Assembly (NCBI GenBank): GCA_024763075.1
Contig: JANTGF010000009.1
Location: forward strand, 21,149-85,148
Direction of reading: 5' to 3'
Origin: Bacteroidales bacterium
Lineage (GTDB): Bacteria; Bacteroidota; Bacteroidia; Bacteroidales; VadinHA17
DNA: 64,000 nt
Shown: positions 10,241 to 20,200 of the stretch, in pieces
Layout of the letters: each line of letters opens with the position of its first letter
How positions within the stretch are numbered: the stretch's first letter is position 1
Program-made: the position numbers and the translations under genes
Notes under the pieces: generated by a model
Database searches by the model: none
The model's input: the letters and a program-made list of their open reading frames with translations, nothing else
Told to the model about the DNA's origin: nothing

Positions 10241-11008
10241 TTACTTTCCAAATCCCCGCATTTTAATCTCTGTGAGCATTTTTTTTGTATAAAGCGGAAA
10301 ATCTCCTTTCATCATCCATCCATAATAACCCGGATCTTTCTCCAGTACTTCAACCACCTCTCTCCCCTTATATTTTCCAAAGTTAAAAACCTCTACCTTT
10401 TCCTTATTGTAAACAATTCGCCCTGCAAAATCCACATTGCTTGTGTGGGAAGAAAAACCGGCCAGAAAACCAATTTCATTTTTGAGATTGTCATAATGAT
10501 CCAGCTGTGCTTTTAAAATCTCGTAAGTGGCAATAGTGTCTGCTTCAGCACCGTGCGCCCCTTCCAGGTCTTTGGAACAATAAAACTTATAGGCGGCAGA
10601 AAGGGTACGTTGTTCCATCTTATGAAAGATTACCTGCACATCCACTACTTTTCTTTTCTTTAGGTTTATGTCCACTCCTGCCCTCAAAAACTCCTCAGCC
10701 AGAACCGGTATGTCAAATTTGTTACAATTATACCCTGCCAGATCACATCCTTCAATAAAAGCTGCAATTTTCCTGGCCATCTCTTTAAAAGCTGGCTTAT
10801 CTGCCACATCCTCGTTCGTAATTCCGTGGATCTCTATAACATTATCGGGAATGGTCATTTCAGGGTTCAGTCTCATTGAAAGACTTTCCTCGCTCCCATT
10901 GGGATTCACTTTCAATATATACAACTCAACAATCCGGTCAGATACCGTATTGATCCCTGTAGTTTCCAGATCAAAAAAGGCAATAGGGTTTTTTAAATTC
11001 AGGTTCAT
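10241..11008 (-). CDS. dnaQ: DEDDh 3'-5' exonuclease (DNA polymerase III epsilon-like)
   Basis: FDLETTG, GYN..KFD and AHGAEAD motifs; directly downstream of dnaN. Confidence 0.85.
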   Translation of the reverse strand: MNLNLKNPIAFFDLETTGINTVSDRIVELYILKVNPNGSEESLSMRLNPEMTIPDNVIEIHGITNEDVADKPAFKEMARKIAAFIEGCDLAGYNCNKFDIPVLAEEFLRAGVDINLKKRKVVDVQVIFHKMEQRTLSAAYKFYCSKDLEGAHGAEADTIATYEILKAQLDHYDNLKNEIGFLAGFSSHTSNVDFAGRIVYNKEKVEVFNFGKYKGREVVEVLEKDPGYYGWMMKGDFPLYTKKMLTEIKMRGFGK

Positions 11009-11119
11009 TTTTTCCCTTATCGGTTAATAAATAAATTTCATTTGTTTCCCTTTCCGGAAACAACAATTGTTATGTAAGAAAACACAGAGATCAATAACGG
11101 ATTTTAAAAAGAAGCGGAA

Positions 11120-12250
11120 TCAGGCACCGATCATCATGGGCATCAACAACATGAGCACATCCTCAGCTTCATTTTCTTTATCAACAGGAAGCATGATGCC
11201 TGCACGTGAGGGATCTGACATCTCAAAAATAACATCTCCGGATGATATATTTGCCAGAATTTCAATCAAAAAAACCGATTTGAATCCGATTTCCATTTCA
11301 TCTCCTTCATACTGGCAGGTCAGCCTTTCATAGGCAGAAATTGAGAAGTCAATATCCTGTGCCGAAACCATCATCTGATTGCCGGTAAGCTGAAGTTTTA
11401 CCAGGTTGCTTGCCTGGTTTGAAAATACAGAAACCCGTTTCAGAGAGTTATACAATTCAATCCTGTCAATGATCAGTTTATTCGGATTATCCTGAGGAAT
11501 AACGGAATTGTAACTTGGATATTTACCTTCCACCAGTCTGCAAACCAGCTTAAATTCCGACAAAGTAAAAAATGCATTTTTATCATCAAATTCAATGCTT
11601 ACCTCATTGTCTTCCTTCGGAAGAATTGACCTTAACAGGGATGCTGGTTTTTTTGGCAGAATAAAGGCAGCTTCTTTCTCAGCTTTGGCATCCGAACGCT
11701 TGTACCTCACAAGTTTATGTGCATCTGAAGCCACAAAAGTCACATCTTCTTCAGTCATCTCAATATAAATACCATTCATCACCGGACGAAGATCATCATC
11801 AGCGGTAGCAAACAGGGTTTTGGATATTCCACTCAAAAGAACCTCATGTCCCATAAGCAAACTAGCCTTTTTATCATCCTTCAGTACGGGTAGCTGAGGA
11901 TAATCCATTCCTTTTTGCCCTACAATATTAAACTGACCATTTTCTGAAATAATTACCACTGCCATGGTATCCATATTGATATCAAAAGTCAGAGGTTGTT
12001 CAGAAAATTCTTTTAAAGTTTCGGTTAAAAGCTTTGCCGGCAAAGCAATACTCCCCGACTCGCTGGCATTTTCAACCGTCATTGTAGTTATTAAAGTAGT
12101 TTCCAGGTCGGAAGCAGTAATTTCAAGATCATTCCCATCCAGCCTGAATAAAAAGTTGTCGAGAATGGGAAGTGTATTCTTTGAACTAATCACACGACTG
12201 ATGGCCAGAAGGTGGCTCAAAAGGTCAGCGCTGGAGATTACAAATTTCAT
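11120..12250 (-). CDS. dnaN: DNA polymerase III beta sliding clamp
   Basis: LPILDNFLF, ASDLE, RPVMNG, ASDAHKL and C-terminal LLMPM motifs. Confidence 0.97.
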   Translation of the reverse strand: MKFVISSADLLSHLLAISRVISSKNTLPILDNFLFRLDGNDLEITASDLETTLITTMTVENASESGSIALPAKLLTETLKEFSEQPLTFDINMDTMAVVIISENGQFNIVGQKGMDYPQLPVLKDDKKASLLMGHEVLLSGISKTLFATADDDLRPVMNGIYIEMTEEDVTFVASDAHKLVRYKRSDAKAEKEAAFILPKKPASLLRSILPKEDNEVSIEFDDKNAFFTLSEFKLVCRLVEGKYPSYNSVIPQDNPNKLIIDRIELYNSLKRVSVFSNQASNLVKLQLTGNQMMVSAQDIDFSISAYERLTCQYEGDEMEIGFKSVFLIEILANISSGDVIFEMSDPSRAGIMLPVDKENEAEDVLMLLMPMMIGA

Positions 12251-12510
12251 ATAATTAAAAATTTAAATTTATACCAAAAACCATTTCCGGAAGCCGGAAA
12301 AAATCAGATATCAATAATACAAAAAAAATAAGTAGCAACAAATACATTTCCCATCCTTTTTTCAATGATTTATCAAACAATAGATTGCTAAAAAACCGGA
12401 ATTCTTTACTGTGATTTTACAATTCAATACTAAAGATGCAAAGCAGGGATAAAATTATAAGGTTTTCATCCGCCAGCCTTAGGAGAGAAATCCCTTAAAA
12501 ACCAGCCGGG

Positions 12511-14220
12511 CTATCTGGCGTAACGCCTCTTTCTCACCATACCTGCTATGATTCCGAAAAGCAATACCAAAAAAACCGGAAACAATGTATTCATCAACTG
12601 CCATTTCAGTTTTCCGGAACTTAGTTTGGCCTTATCAAGCAACCTGAGTTTCAGCTCTCTCTCCCTGAGTTCCATCAGATCTGACTGGCCTGCAAGATAA
12701 CTCACTGCATTCAGAATAAAATCCTTATTTCCATAGGTTTGCTGGGTTAACCTGTCCTGCCCAAGTGGAAGTGGAAATGGTTTACCTCCCTGAAACCGGA
12801 CATCATTTCTTATGATATCTCCATCTGAAATTACGATCATCTTTGCAGGTTTGCTTTTATCCAGAAAATATATTTCCTGGTCTGGCAAAACGGCTTTTAA
12901 ACTCCGGTTTCTGAAAGCTGAGTTGAACTCCCCTTCCAGCAGTACGGCTACCGGAATCTTTTTTCTGGAAAATGCTTCCCTTGGAAGGGGTTTCTTCACA
13001 TCCGCCAGATTAATAAGGTTTGGCACCCCGAATGTTTTTGAAAAATCCGAAGATCTCAGTAAAACAGACTTCCGGATATCTCCCCCGCCGGCGAGCGTGT
13101 CAAGAACACTGGCAAATTCTGCTCTGACAAGGTTCAAATTCCGCGAGATAGGGTGACCCGTTCCTTCCAGCAGGGGATAAAACAACCAGGGAACCGGAGT
13201 ATATTTTGGCGGGTTCCCAACAATGGCTGTATTCACAGGGATTTGTGCACATTGAATATCCTGGATCAGGTCACCATTGATGCGAACCCCGTATTTAAAA
13301 AGCATATCATTCAGCTTAAGATCCCTGAGAAAAGCCAGGGTAATACTGGAATACATCAGACTGTCCATGTCCACAGCCACCGGATCAATCATCCATAAAA
13401 TATTACCGCCCTGCATAAGATATTGATCCAGCACCAGTTTATCTGCTTCGCTGAAGGGCTTAACAGGTTTTGCAATAATTACGGTTACATAGTCATCCAG
13501 TATTCTATACTTCCCGCCAATCTGCCCTCTGTCAATGGTATAATACCGTGACAATTCTCTCGAAATATCCTCAACCTGAGGCTCGTATAATTCACCATGC
13601 CCTTCCAGAAAAGCAATTTTATAAATGGTGTCACTGGTAATCGCTTCTATCGCACGGACAAATTCATATTCCAGGTTCTCCATAGACCTGTTCAAATTCT
13701 CACTGGCCGGCAAATTCGGATTATTTATCAGCATATTTACCGGCATTTCCAATCCATTATAATTTAAAACAGCTCCGGGGAAAAGTGTTTTCTGAGATTG
13801 CCCACCTTCCTTATCACTGGATTTCACATTTAATGGATGCAAACCCTTTTCAAACAGCTCCTTGTAAATCCTGTTCCGTTCCTTCATGTTATCTTCATCA
13901 GACGGATTGATAAAGTCAAAACTTACTTTACGATTGGAATACACATGAAACTCATCCAATAATTCCCTGGAGGCCCTTTTTAAACGCTTAAAACCAATGG
14001 GCATATCCCCATCAAGATATACCTGAATGAAAACATCTCCCGGCAGCTCTTTAAGAATTCTTCGGGTAGTTTTGGATAAAGTAAACTTTTTCTCCGAAGT
14101 AAGGTCGAGTCTGAAATACCAGACAGAACTCATATAACCCACAACCCCGATAATCAGGAAGATCAGCAACAATTGCAGGCTATTTTTTATTATTCTGTCT
14201 TTTTTTCTCATCCTTCTCAT
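12511..14220 (-). CDS. gldG: Gliding motility-associated ABC transporter substrate-binding protein GldG
   Basis: RLDLTSEKKFTLS, IAFLEGHGE, LDQYLMQGG and NKDFILNAV motifs; C-terminal TM; follows gldF. Confidence 0.92.
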   Translation of the reverse strand: MRRMRKKDRIIKNSLQLLLIFLIIGVVGYMSSVWYFRLDLTSEKKFTLSKTTRRILKELPGDVFIQVYLDGDMPIGFKRLKRASRELLDEFHVYSNRKVSFDFINPSDEDNMKERNRIYKELFEKGLHPLNVKSSDKEGGQSQKTLFPGAVLNYNGLEMPVNMLINNPNLPASENLNRSMENLEYEFVRAIEAITSDTIYKIAFLEGHGELYEPQVEDISRELSRYYTIDRGQIGGKYRILDDYVTVIIAKPVKPFSEADKLVLDQYLMQGGNILWMIDPVAVDMDSLMYSSITLAFLRDLKLNDMLFKYGVRINGDLIQDIQCAQIPVNTAIVGNPPKYTPVPWLFYPLLEGTGHPISRNLNLVRAEFASVLDTLAGGGDIRKSVLLRSSDFSKTFGVPNLINLADVKKPLPREAFSRKKIPVAVLLEGEFNSAFRNRSLKAVLPDQEIYFLDKSKPAKMIVISDGDIIRNDVRFQGGKPFPLPLGQDRLTQQTYGNKDFILNAVSYLAGQSDLMELRERELKLRLLDKAKLSSGKLKWQLMNTLFPVFLVLLFGIIAGMVRKRRYAR

Positions 14221-14226
14221 TTCAGT

Positions 14227-14961
14227 TTAAGACCATTTCCTGCTTTGCAAAACAAATTTTGTAACAAACAGAAAAAGAAATATAACACTTATATAATAAA
14301 CAATATCCCGGGAATCGATAACCCCCCTGCTCATGGAACGGTAATGTTCATTTATTCCCAGCCGGATGACCCATTGATCAATGGAATGTAAAACCGGTAA
14401 AGCACTTATAGAATCAAATCCCGCATACAAAATAAAACTTAACAAAATTGCAAGTAAGAAAGAAATGATCTGGTTGTCTGTAATGGAAGATGTGAAAATT
14501 CCAACTGCCACATAAATTGCAGCAAGGAAAAACAATCCGATAAAAGAGCCCCAGAATCCACCAACGTCCAGATTCCCAACCGGAAAACTCAGATAATAAA
14601 CTGAAAAATAATAAACCAGGGTGGGTAATAATGATAAAACAACAAGGGCAAGTCCGGCAAAATACTTGGCGCTGATAATATTTAAATCACTCAAAGGCCG
14701 GGTGAATAATAACTCAAAAGTACCTGAACGTTTTTCTTCAGAAAACATACGCATGGTTATGGCAGGAACCAAAAATAAAAACACCCAGGGAGCAATGATA
14801 AACAAGGTATCCAGACTTGCATACCCGCTATCCAGTACATTCAATTCACCCGGAAATATCCAGATGAAAAAGCTATTCGCCAGGAGAAACACAATAATTA
14901 CGAAATACCCGGTGAGCGTACTGAAAAACGAACTGATTTCTTTTCTGAACAGGGCTACCAT
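14227..14961 (-). CDS. gldF: Gliding motility-associated ABC transporter permease GldF
   Basis: KEISSFFS..GY, PAITMRMFSEEKRSGT.ELL.TRP and HYRSMSRGVIDSRD motifs. Confidence 0.93.
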   Translation of the reverse strand: MVALFRKEISSFFSTLTGYFVIIVFLLANSFFIWIFPGELNVLDSGYASLDTLFIIAPWVFLFLVPAITMRMFSEEKRSGTFELLFTRPLSDLNIISAKYFAGLALVVLSLLPTLVYYFSVYYLSFPVGNLDVGGFWGSFIGLFFLAAIYVAVGIFTSSITDNQIISFLLAILLSFILYAGFDSISALPVLHSIDQWVIRLGINEHYRSMSRGVIDSRDIVYYISVIFLFLFVTKFVLQSRKWS

Positions 14962-15092
14962 TGTCTGAATTTAATTTGCAAAAATAAGGAAAAGTCTTTA
15001 AACCTTAAGATTTTATAGTTGGAAATATTATTAGAAACTGACGTATTCTTCAATTTGAAATTTTCAACAGTCAATATCCTTGCACACAATTC

Positions 15093-15383
15093 TTATACCA
15101 CCATTAAAATTACAATAACAAAAGCGTAAAACATGGTAGCTCCCAGAACCCCCCTTGCTGTTTTCAGAAAATCCAGCCAGATAAAAATAAAGAACAACAA
15201 TAAGTTAGGTACTACAGTCAGGCTCAAAAATTTGGTAAGTACATGAGTGGAAGCCAGCCTGTCATAATATTCCATAATGGACTGATTCTCTGCCAGACTC
15301 AGATAGATCAGATAAAATGTAATTAAAGGTACAATAATCCCCGGAACAAATCCCAGCCACATCTGGTTCCATTTTTCTTTCAT
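15093..15383 (-). CDS. Small hypothetical membrane protein (about 3 TM)
   Basis: Hydrophobic ORF directly downstream of surE; PNLLLFFIF...ARGVLGAT. Confidence 0.7.
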   Translation of the reverse strand: MKEKWNQMWLGFVPGIIVPLITFYLIYLSLAENQSIMEYYDRLASTHVLTKFLSLTVVPNLLLFFIFIWLDFLKTARGVLGATMFYAFVIVILMVV

Positions 15384-15412
15384 CTTCAAGCTGTTAAATC
15401 ATCGTTTATCTT

Positions 15413-16183
15413 TCAGAAACTCCTTTTATTCAGTTCCTCAATGTAATCAAAGCAGGTAGAATCAACTCTGACTGGTACAATAGAAACATAATTATTTTTT
15501 AATGCCCACTCATCGGTGTCTTCTGCATCCGGTTCATTATTATTAAAAAAACCGGTTAGCCAGTAATAGTCCCTGTTAAACGGATCTGTTCTTTTTACAA
15601 ACTCCTCTTTCCAGAATCCTTTGGTTTGCCTGCAAACCTTAACTCCTTTCAAAGAACCTTCGGCTACTACAGGAATATTAACATTCAGGCAAATTTCCGG
15701 AGGAATTCCATTTTTCATAACTTCTGCAATCACTCTCCGGCAAACATCTTTGGCAAGGGTAAAATCAGCATCTTTCAAATAATCCAGCAAAGAAAAACCA
15801 ATGGAATGTATCCCATTCACCCCCCCTTCTATAGCAGCAGCCATCGTTCCTGAATAAAGTACACTCACCGAAGCATTTGAACCGTGATTAATTCCTGATA
15901 AAACAAGATCCGGTTTCCTAAATAATAACTGATTTAAGGCCAGTTTGACACAATCTACCGGAGTTCCCGAACAGGAATAGACATCCAGACCCTTACTACT
16001 TTTTCTGCTATCTATCCGTATGGGTTGTTTGATGGTAATAGCATGAGACATTCCCGATTGACTGTCATCCGGGGCAACTACTACTACATCGCCAAAATCA
16101 ACAGCAACTTCAGTCAAAGCTTCCAGTCCACCTGCCAGAACGCCATCATCGTTCGTAATTAAGATCAAAGGTCTTTGTCCCAT
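15413..16183 (-). CDS. surE: 5'/3'-nucleotidase SurE
   Basis: ILITNDDG, GTPVDCV, SGINHGSN and YSGTMAAA motifs. Confidence 0.96.
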   Translation of the reverse strand: MGQRPLILITNDDGVLAGGLEALTEVAVDFGDVVVVAPDDSQSGMSHAITIKQPIRIDSRKSSKGLDVYSCSGTPVDCVKLALNQLLFRKPDLVLSGINHGSNASVSVLYSGTMAAAIEGGVNGIHSIGFSLLDYLKDADFTLAKDVCRRVIAEVMKNGIPPEICLNVNIPVVAEGSLKGVKVCRQTKGFWKEEFVKRTDPFNRDYYWLTGFFNNNEPDAEDTDEWALKNNYVSIVPVRVDSTCFDYIEELNKRSF

Positions 16184-16202
16184 AGTCTGCTTTCTGTTTT
16201 TG

Positions 16203-16276
16203 CAAAGATAGGTAAATATTGAAATTTCACTTATTTAAACCTTTTGAAATTTTTAAAATGAAATTCACTACTTTTG
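16203..16276. promoter_or_regulatory. Divergent Bacteroidota sigma70 -7 elements for surE (minus) and pheT (plus)
   Basis: TATCTTTG (minus, 16203-16210) and TACTTTTG (plus, 16269-16276) match TAnnTTTG. Confidence 0.6.
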
Positions 16277-16304
16277 TGCGGTTAAACAAAAACGAAAAAG
16301 AGCT

Positions 16305-18755
16305 GTGAAAGTATCATACGACTGGATAAAAGAATATGTAAATGTAAACCTTGACCCTGAAAAAGTTGCCGAGATTCTCACCAATACCGGCCTGGAAGTG
16401 GAAGGAACAGAAGAATACGAATCGGTAAAAGGAGGTTTGGAAGGAGTGATTATTGGTGAAGTCCTGAATGTCAGGAAACATCCGAATGCCGATAATCTCT
16501 CTCTTACAGAAGTCAATCTGGGAAATGGAAAGACAGTTCCTGTGGTCTGCGGCGCACCCAATGTAAAAGCCGGCCAGAAAGTTCCAGTAGCAACTGTTGG
16601 GACTATTCTGTATGACGATGATAAAGCTATTAAAATAAAAAAATCAAAAATCCGTGGTGAAGTATCGGAAGGGATGATCTGTGCAGAAGATGAACTGGGG
16701 CTTGGCACTTCTCATGATGGAATTATGGTGCTGGACAATAAAGCAACTGCCGGTACACCAGCCAGTGCATATTTCAATATTAAGAAAGAAACCGTTTATG
16801 AAATCGGACTAACACCTAACCGGATTGACGGTGCGTCGCATTTTGGAGTTGCAAGGGATCTGGCTGCTTATCTGAACCAGTTTGAAAAAAAACAGGCACA
16901 ACTTCCCTCCGTTGATTTATTTAAAGTGGACAATAATAACCTCATAATCCCTGTACAAATTGAAAACACCGAAGCCTGTCCGAGGTACACAGGGTTGACG
17001 ATGACAAATATTAAGGTTGCACCCTCACCTGACTGGTTACAAAACAGGCTGAAATCCATTGGCCTGACACCTATTAACAATGTAGTGGATATAACAAATT
17101 TTGTTTTACATGAGACCGGACAGCCCCTCCATGCTTTTGATGCTGACAAGATTTCGGGGAAAAAGGTCATAGTTAAAACACTGAAGAAAGGAAGTAAATT
17201 TGTTACACTGGATGGAGAAGAGAGAATGCTGTCTGAGAATGACCTGATGATCTGCAATGAACAAGAAGGAATGTGCATTGCCGGTGTTTTTGGCGGGATT
17301 GACTCAGGAGTAAGTGAAACTACCAGATCCATTTTTCTGGAAAGTGCCCGTTTTGATCCGGTATTTATCCGAAAGACTTCCCGAAGACATCTCCTGAATA
17401 CCGATGCATCTTTCCGTTTTGAGCGGGGTGCCGATCCGGAAATGACACTTTATGCATTGAAAAGAGCCGCTCTTCTGATAAAGGAAATCACGGGTGCACA
17501 GATCAGTTCCCCCATACAGGACGAATATCCAGTCCCTTTTACTCCGGTTGTTTTAACTCTTTATTTTAAAAATATCGACCGGTTGATCGGGAATATTATT
17601 CCAGAAGAAAAAATCGTTCATATTTTAAAATCACTGGATTTTGAGATTGTGGAGGAAACAGATATATACCTGTCACTCAAGGTACCCCTTTATCGGGTGG
17701 ATGTTACACGTGAAGCCGATGTAATTGAAGAAATTTTAAGAATTTACGGATACAATCAGGTGGTAACAGGTCAGCAAAGTAATATTTCAATCAATTACTT
17801 TGAGAAACCGGATAAGGAAAAAGTGGTAAATCAGATTTCAGACCTGCTTTCATCAAATGGATTTTTTGAGATTATGTCAAATTCCTTAACCAAAAGTAGT
17901 TACTATGAAAAAAATACTGCTTTTGATGAGAAGTTATCCGTCAAGCTCTTTAATCCTTTAAGCCAGGATCTGAATGTAATGCGACAAAGCCTTTTATTCG
18001 GCGGACTTGAGGCCATTATTTATAACATCAACCGAAAAAGAAGGAATCTTAAACTATTTGAATTTGGCACCTGTTACCGGATAAAAAATAAAGAAAAAGC
18101 TACTGATTCTACCCGTAATTTTAAAGAAGAACAAAAACTTGCAATACTGGTTTCCGGAAATGCTGAAGATGGATCGTGGAATCAGAATGAACGTAAAGCC
18201 GACTTCTATTATTTAAAAGGAATTGTTGGCAGAATTCTTCAAAGAACCGGAATAAATGATCAAAACATTTTTACTTCAGGAGAAACCAGTGAAATATTTA
18301 GTGAAGCCCTGAAATATTCCATCAACGGGAAAGAACTGGGCTGGCTTGGAACCATATCAAAAGCCACACTGGATCAACTGGAAATTAAACAGCCTGTATT
18401 TTTTGCAGAGTTTTCTTTAAATACTATAATTAACAACATAAAGAATTCTGTGATTCAATATAAGCCACTTCCCAAATACCCCGAGGTAAAAAGAGACCTC
18501 TCCCTCCTGCTTGACAAGAATGTCAATTTTGATCAGATTCGGGATCTGGCTTTCAAAACCGAAAAGAGATTATTGAAAAAAGTGAAGATTTTTGATCTTT
18601 ATGAGGGTGATAAGATCAGTAATGATAAGAAATCCTATGCGGTGAATTTCACTATTCAGGATACGGAAAAAACACTAACAGATAAGCAAATTGATAAGAT
18701 CATGCGAAATCTTATTCAGGTCTACACTTCAAAGCTTGGGGCAGAAATCCGGTAA
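16305..18755 (+). CDS. pheT: Phenylalanine-tRNA ligase beta subunit
   Basis: [36 protein letters not shown] motifs and C-terminal FDX-ACB domain. Confidence 0.97.
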   Translation: MKVSYDWIKEYVNVNLDPEKVAEILTNTGLEVEGTEEYESVKGGLEGVIIGEVLNVRKHPNADNLSLTEVNLGNGKTVPVVCGAPNVKAGQKVPVATVGTILYDDDKAIKIKKSKIRGEVSEGMICAEDELGLGTSHDGIMVLDNKATAGTPASAYFNIKKETVYEIGLTPNRIDGASHFGVARDLAAYLNQFEKKQAQLPSVDLFKVDNNNLIIPVQIENTEACPRYTGLTMTNIKVAPSPDWLQNRLKSIGLTPINNVVDITNFVLHETGQPLHAFDADKISGKKVIVKTLKKGSKFVTLDGEERMLSENDLMICNEQEGMCIAGVFGGIDSGVSETTRSIFLESARFDPVFIRKTSRRHLLNTDASFRFERGADPEMTLYALKRAALLIKEITGAQISSPIQDEYPVPFTPVVLTLYFKNIDRLIGNIIPEEKIVHILKSLDFEIVEETDIYLSLKVPLYRVDVTREADVIEEILRIYGYNQVVTGQQSNISINYFEKPDKEKVVNQISDLLSSNGFFEIMSNSLTKSSYYEKNTAFDEKLSVKLFNPLSQDLNVMRQSLLFGGLEAIIYNINRKRRNLKLFEFGTCYRIKNKEKATDSTRNFKEEQKLAILVSGNAEDGSWNQNERKADFYYLKGIVGRILQRTGINDQNIFTSGETSEIFSEALKYSINGKELGWLGTISKATLDQLEIKQPVFFAEFSLNTIINNIKNSVIQYKPLPKYPEVKRDLSLLLDKNVNFDQIRDLAFKTEKRLLKKVKIFDLYEGDKISNDKKSYAVNFTIQDTEKTLTDKQIDKIMRNLIQVYTSKLGAEIR

Positions 18756-18757
18756 AT

Positions 18758-19264
18758 ATGAACCGCCTGATCATACAACAGTCAGATATTACCAAACTTC
18801 AGGTTGATGCCATTGTAAATGCCGCGAATAACAGCCTGTTAGGGGGCGGTGGGGTTGACGGCTCCATTCACAGAGCTGCCGGCCCGGAGTTACTGGAGGA
18901 ATGCAGGACACTGAATGGCTGTCGTACGGGAGAAGCCAAAATTACCAAAGCTTACAATCTGCCCTGTCGCTATGTAATCCACACAGTTGGGCCTGTTTGG
19001 CATGGCGGGCACAGAAATGAAGGAAAATTACTGGCTTCATCTTATAAAAACAGTCTGGTACTGGCATTGAAATATGAACTAAAAACCATTGCTTTTCCAA
19101 ACATAAGCACCGGTGTATATGGTTTCCCTAAAGAAAAAGCAGCTAAAATTGCTTATAACGAAGTAAAAATCTTTTTAGAAAACAATCCTGCTTTTGAAAA
19201 AGTGGTTTTTGCAATTTTTGATGAAGAAAATTTATGGATTTATAAAAAACTTGTGCAATCATAA
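18758..19264 (+). CDS. ymdB: Macro-domain O-acetyl-ADP-ribose deacetylase (YmdB-like)
   Basis: [31 protein letters not shown] and [13 protein letters not shown] motifs. Confidence 0.92.
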   Translation: MNRLIIQQSDITKLQVDAIVNAANNSLLGGGGVDGSIHRAAGPELLEECRTLNGCRTGEAKITKAYNLPCRYVIHTVGPVWHGGHRNEGKLLASSYKNSLVLALKYELKTIAFPNISTGVYGFPKEKAAKIAYNEVKIFLENNPAFEKVVFAIFDEENLWIYKKLVQS

Positions 19265-19270
19265 AAGCCG

Positions 19271-20143
19271 ATGATAAAAAAGTCCGTTAAATCTGTCAGC
19301 AACTACCTTTCGCTGGTTAAATTCAGCCATACGGTTTTTGCTATTCCTTTTGCCTTAATCGGTTTTTTTCTGGCCATCCGCCTAAATGATATAGAATTGA
19401 ATATAAGACTCTTAGGATTGGTTCTTTTATGTATGGTCTTCGCACGAAATGCAGCCATGGCTTTTAACCGGTACGCTGATAAAGAAATTGATGTAAAAAA
19501 TCCGAGGACTGCCATTCGTGAAATTCCGGCCGGTATCATCAAGCCAAAATCTGCTTTGCAGTTTACCCTTATCAATTCATTTTTGTTTGTACTCACTACC
19601 TGGTTTATTAATCCCCTGACATTTTTTCTATCCCCTGTGGCACTATTTGTAATTCTGGGTTACAGCCTTACAAAAAAGTTTACTTCATTTTGTCATTTTG
19701 TTCTTGGGCTGGGGCTTTCACTTGCTCCCATCGGAGCATATATTTCAGTAACAGGAAAGTTCGATATCATTCCGCTTATGTATTCTGTGGTTGTTTTGTT
19801 CTGGGTTAGTGGCTTTGATATTATTTATGCATTGCAGGATGAAGAATTTGACAAACAGGAAAATCTTAAGTCCGTTCCTGTTTTGCTGGGTAAAGAAAAA
19901 GCGTTGAAATTATCGGTAATTTTACATATTATTTCAGCAGTTTTTATTGTTCTCCCTGGTATATTATCAGGTTTTGGGATTGTTTACTGGATTGGTGCGT
20001 TTATTTTTATTGCTTTACTGATTTACCAACACATATTGGTTAAACCTAAAGATTTAAGTAAAGTAAACCTTGCTTTTTTTACCACAAACGGGATTGCCAG
20101 CGTACTTTTTGCCATTTTTACGATCACCAACTTATATATCTGA
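19271..20143 (+). CDS. UbiA-family polyprenyltransferase (MqnP-like)
   Basis: KFSHTVFA.PFA, AMAFNRYAD..ID.KNPRT..REIP, FDIIYALQD..FD and AFFTTNG motifs, typical of the futalosine-type clade. Confidence 0.85.
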   Translation: MIKKSVKSVSNYLSLVKFSHTVFAIPFALIGFFLAIRLNDIELNIRLLGLVLLCMVFARNAAMAFNRYADKEIDVKNPRTAIREIPAGIIKPKSALQFTLINSFLFVLTTWFINPLTFFLSPVALFVILGYSLTKKFTSFCHFVLGLGLSLAPIGAYISVTGKFDIIPLMYSVVVLFWVSGFDIIYALQDEEFDKQENLKSVPVLLGKEKALKLSVILHIISAVFIVLPGILSGFGIVYWIGAFIFIALLIYQHILVKPKDLSKVNLAFFTTNGIASVLFAIFTITNLYI

Positions 20144-20200
20144 GGGATTAAGCCTATTTTTAATGATTTAATTTATAGCGTTTGTTTTTTCTGACTTTTT

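Noticed and set aside
12251-12510. oriC or DnaA-box cluster upstream of dnaN
   Set aside because: I found no clear TTATCCACA matches and no dnaA; dnaN is normally unlinked from oriC in Bacteroidota.
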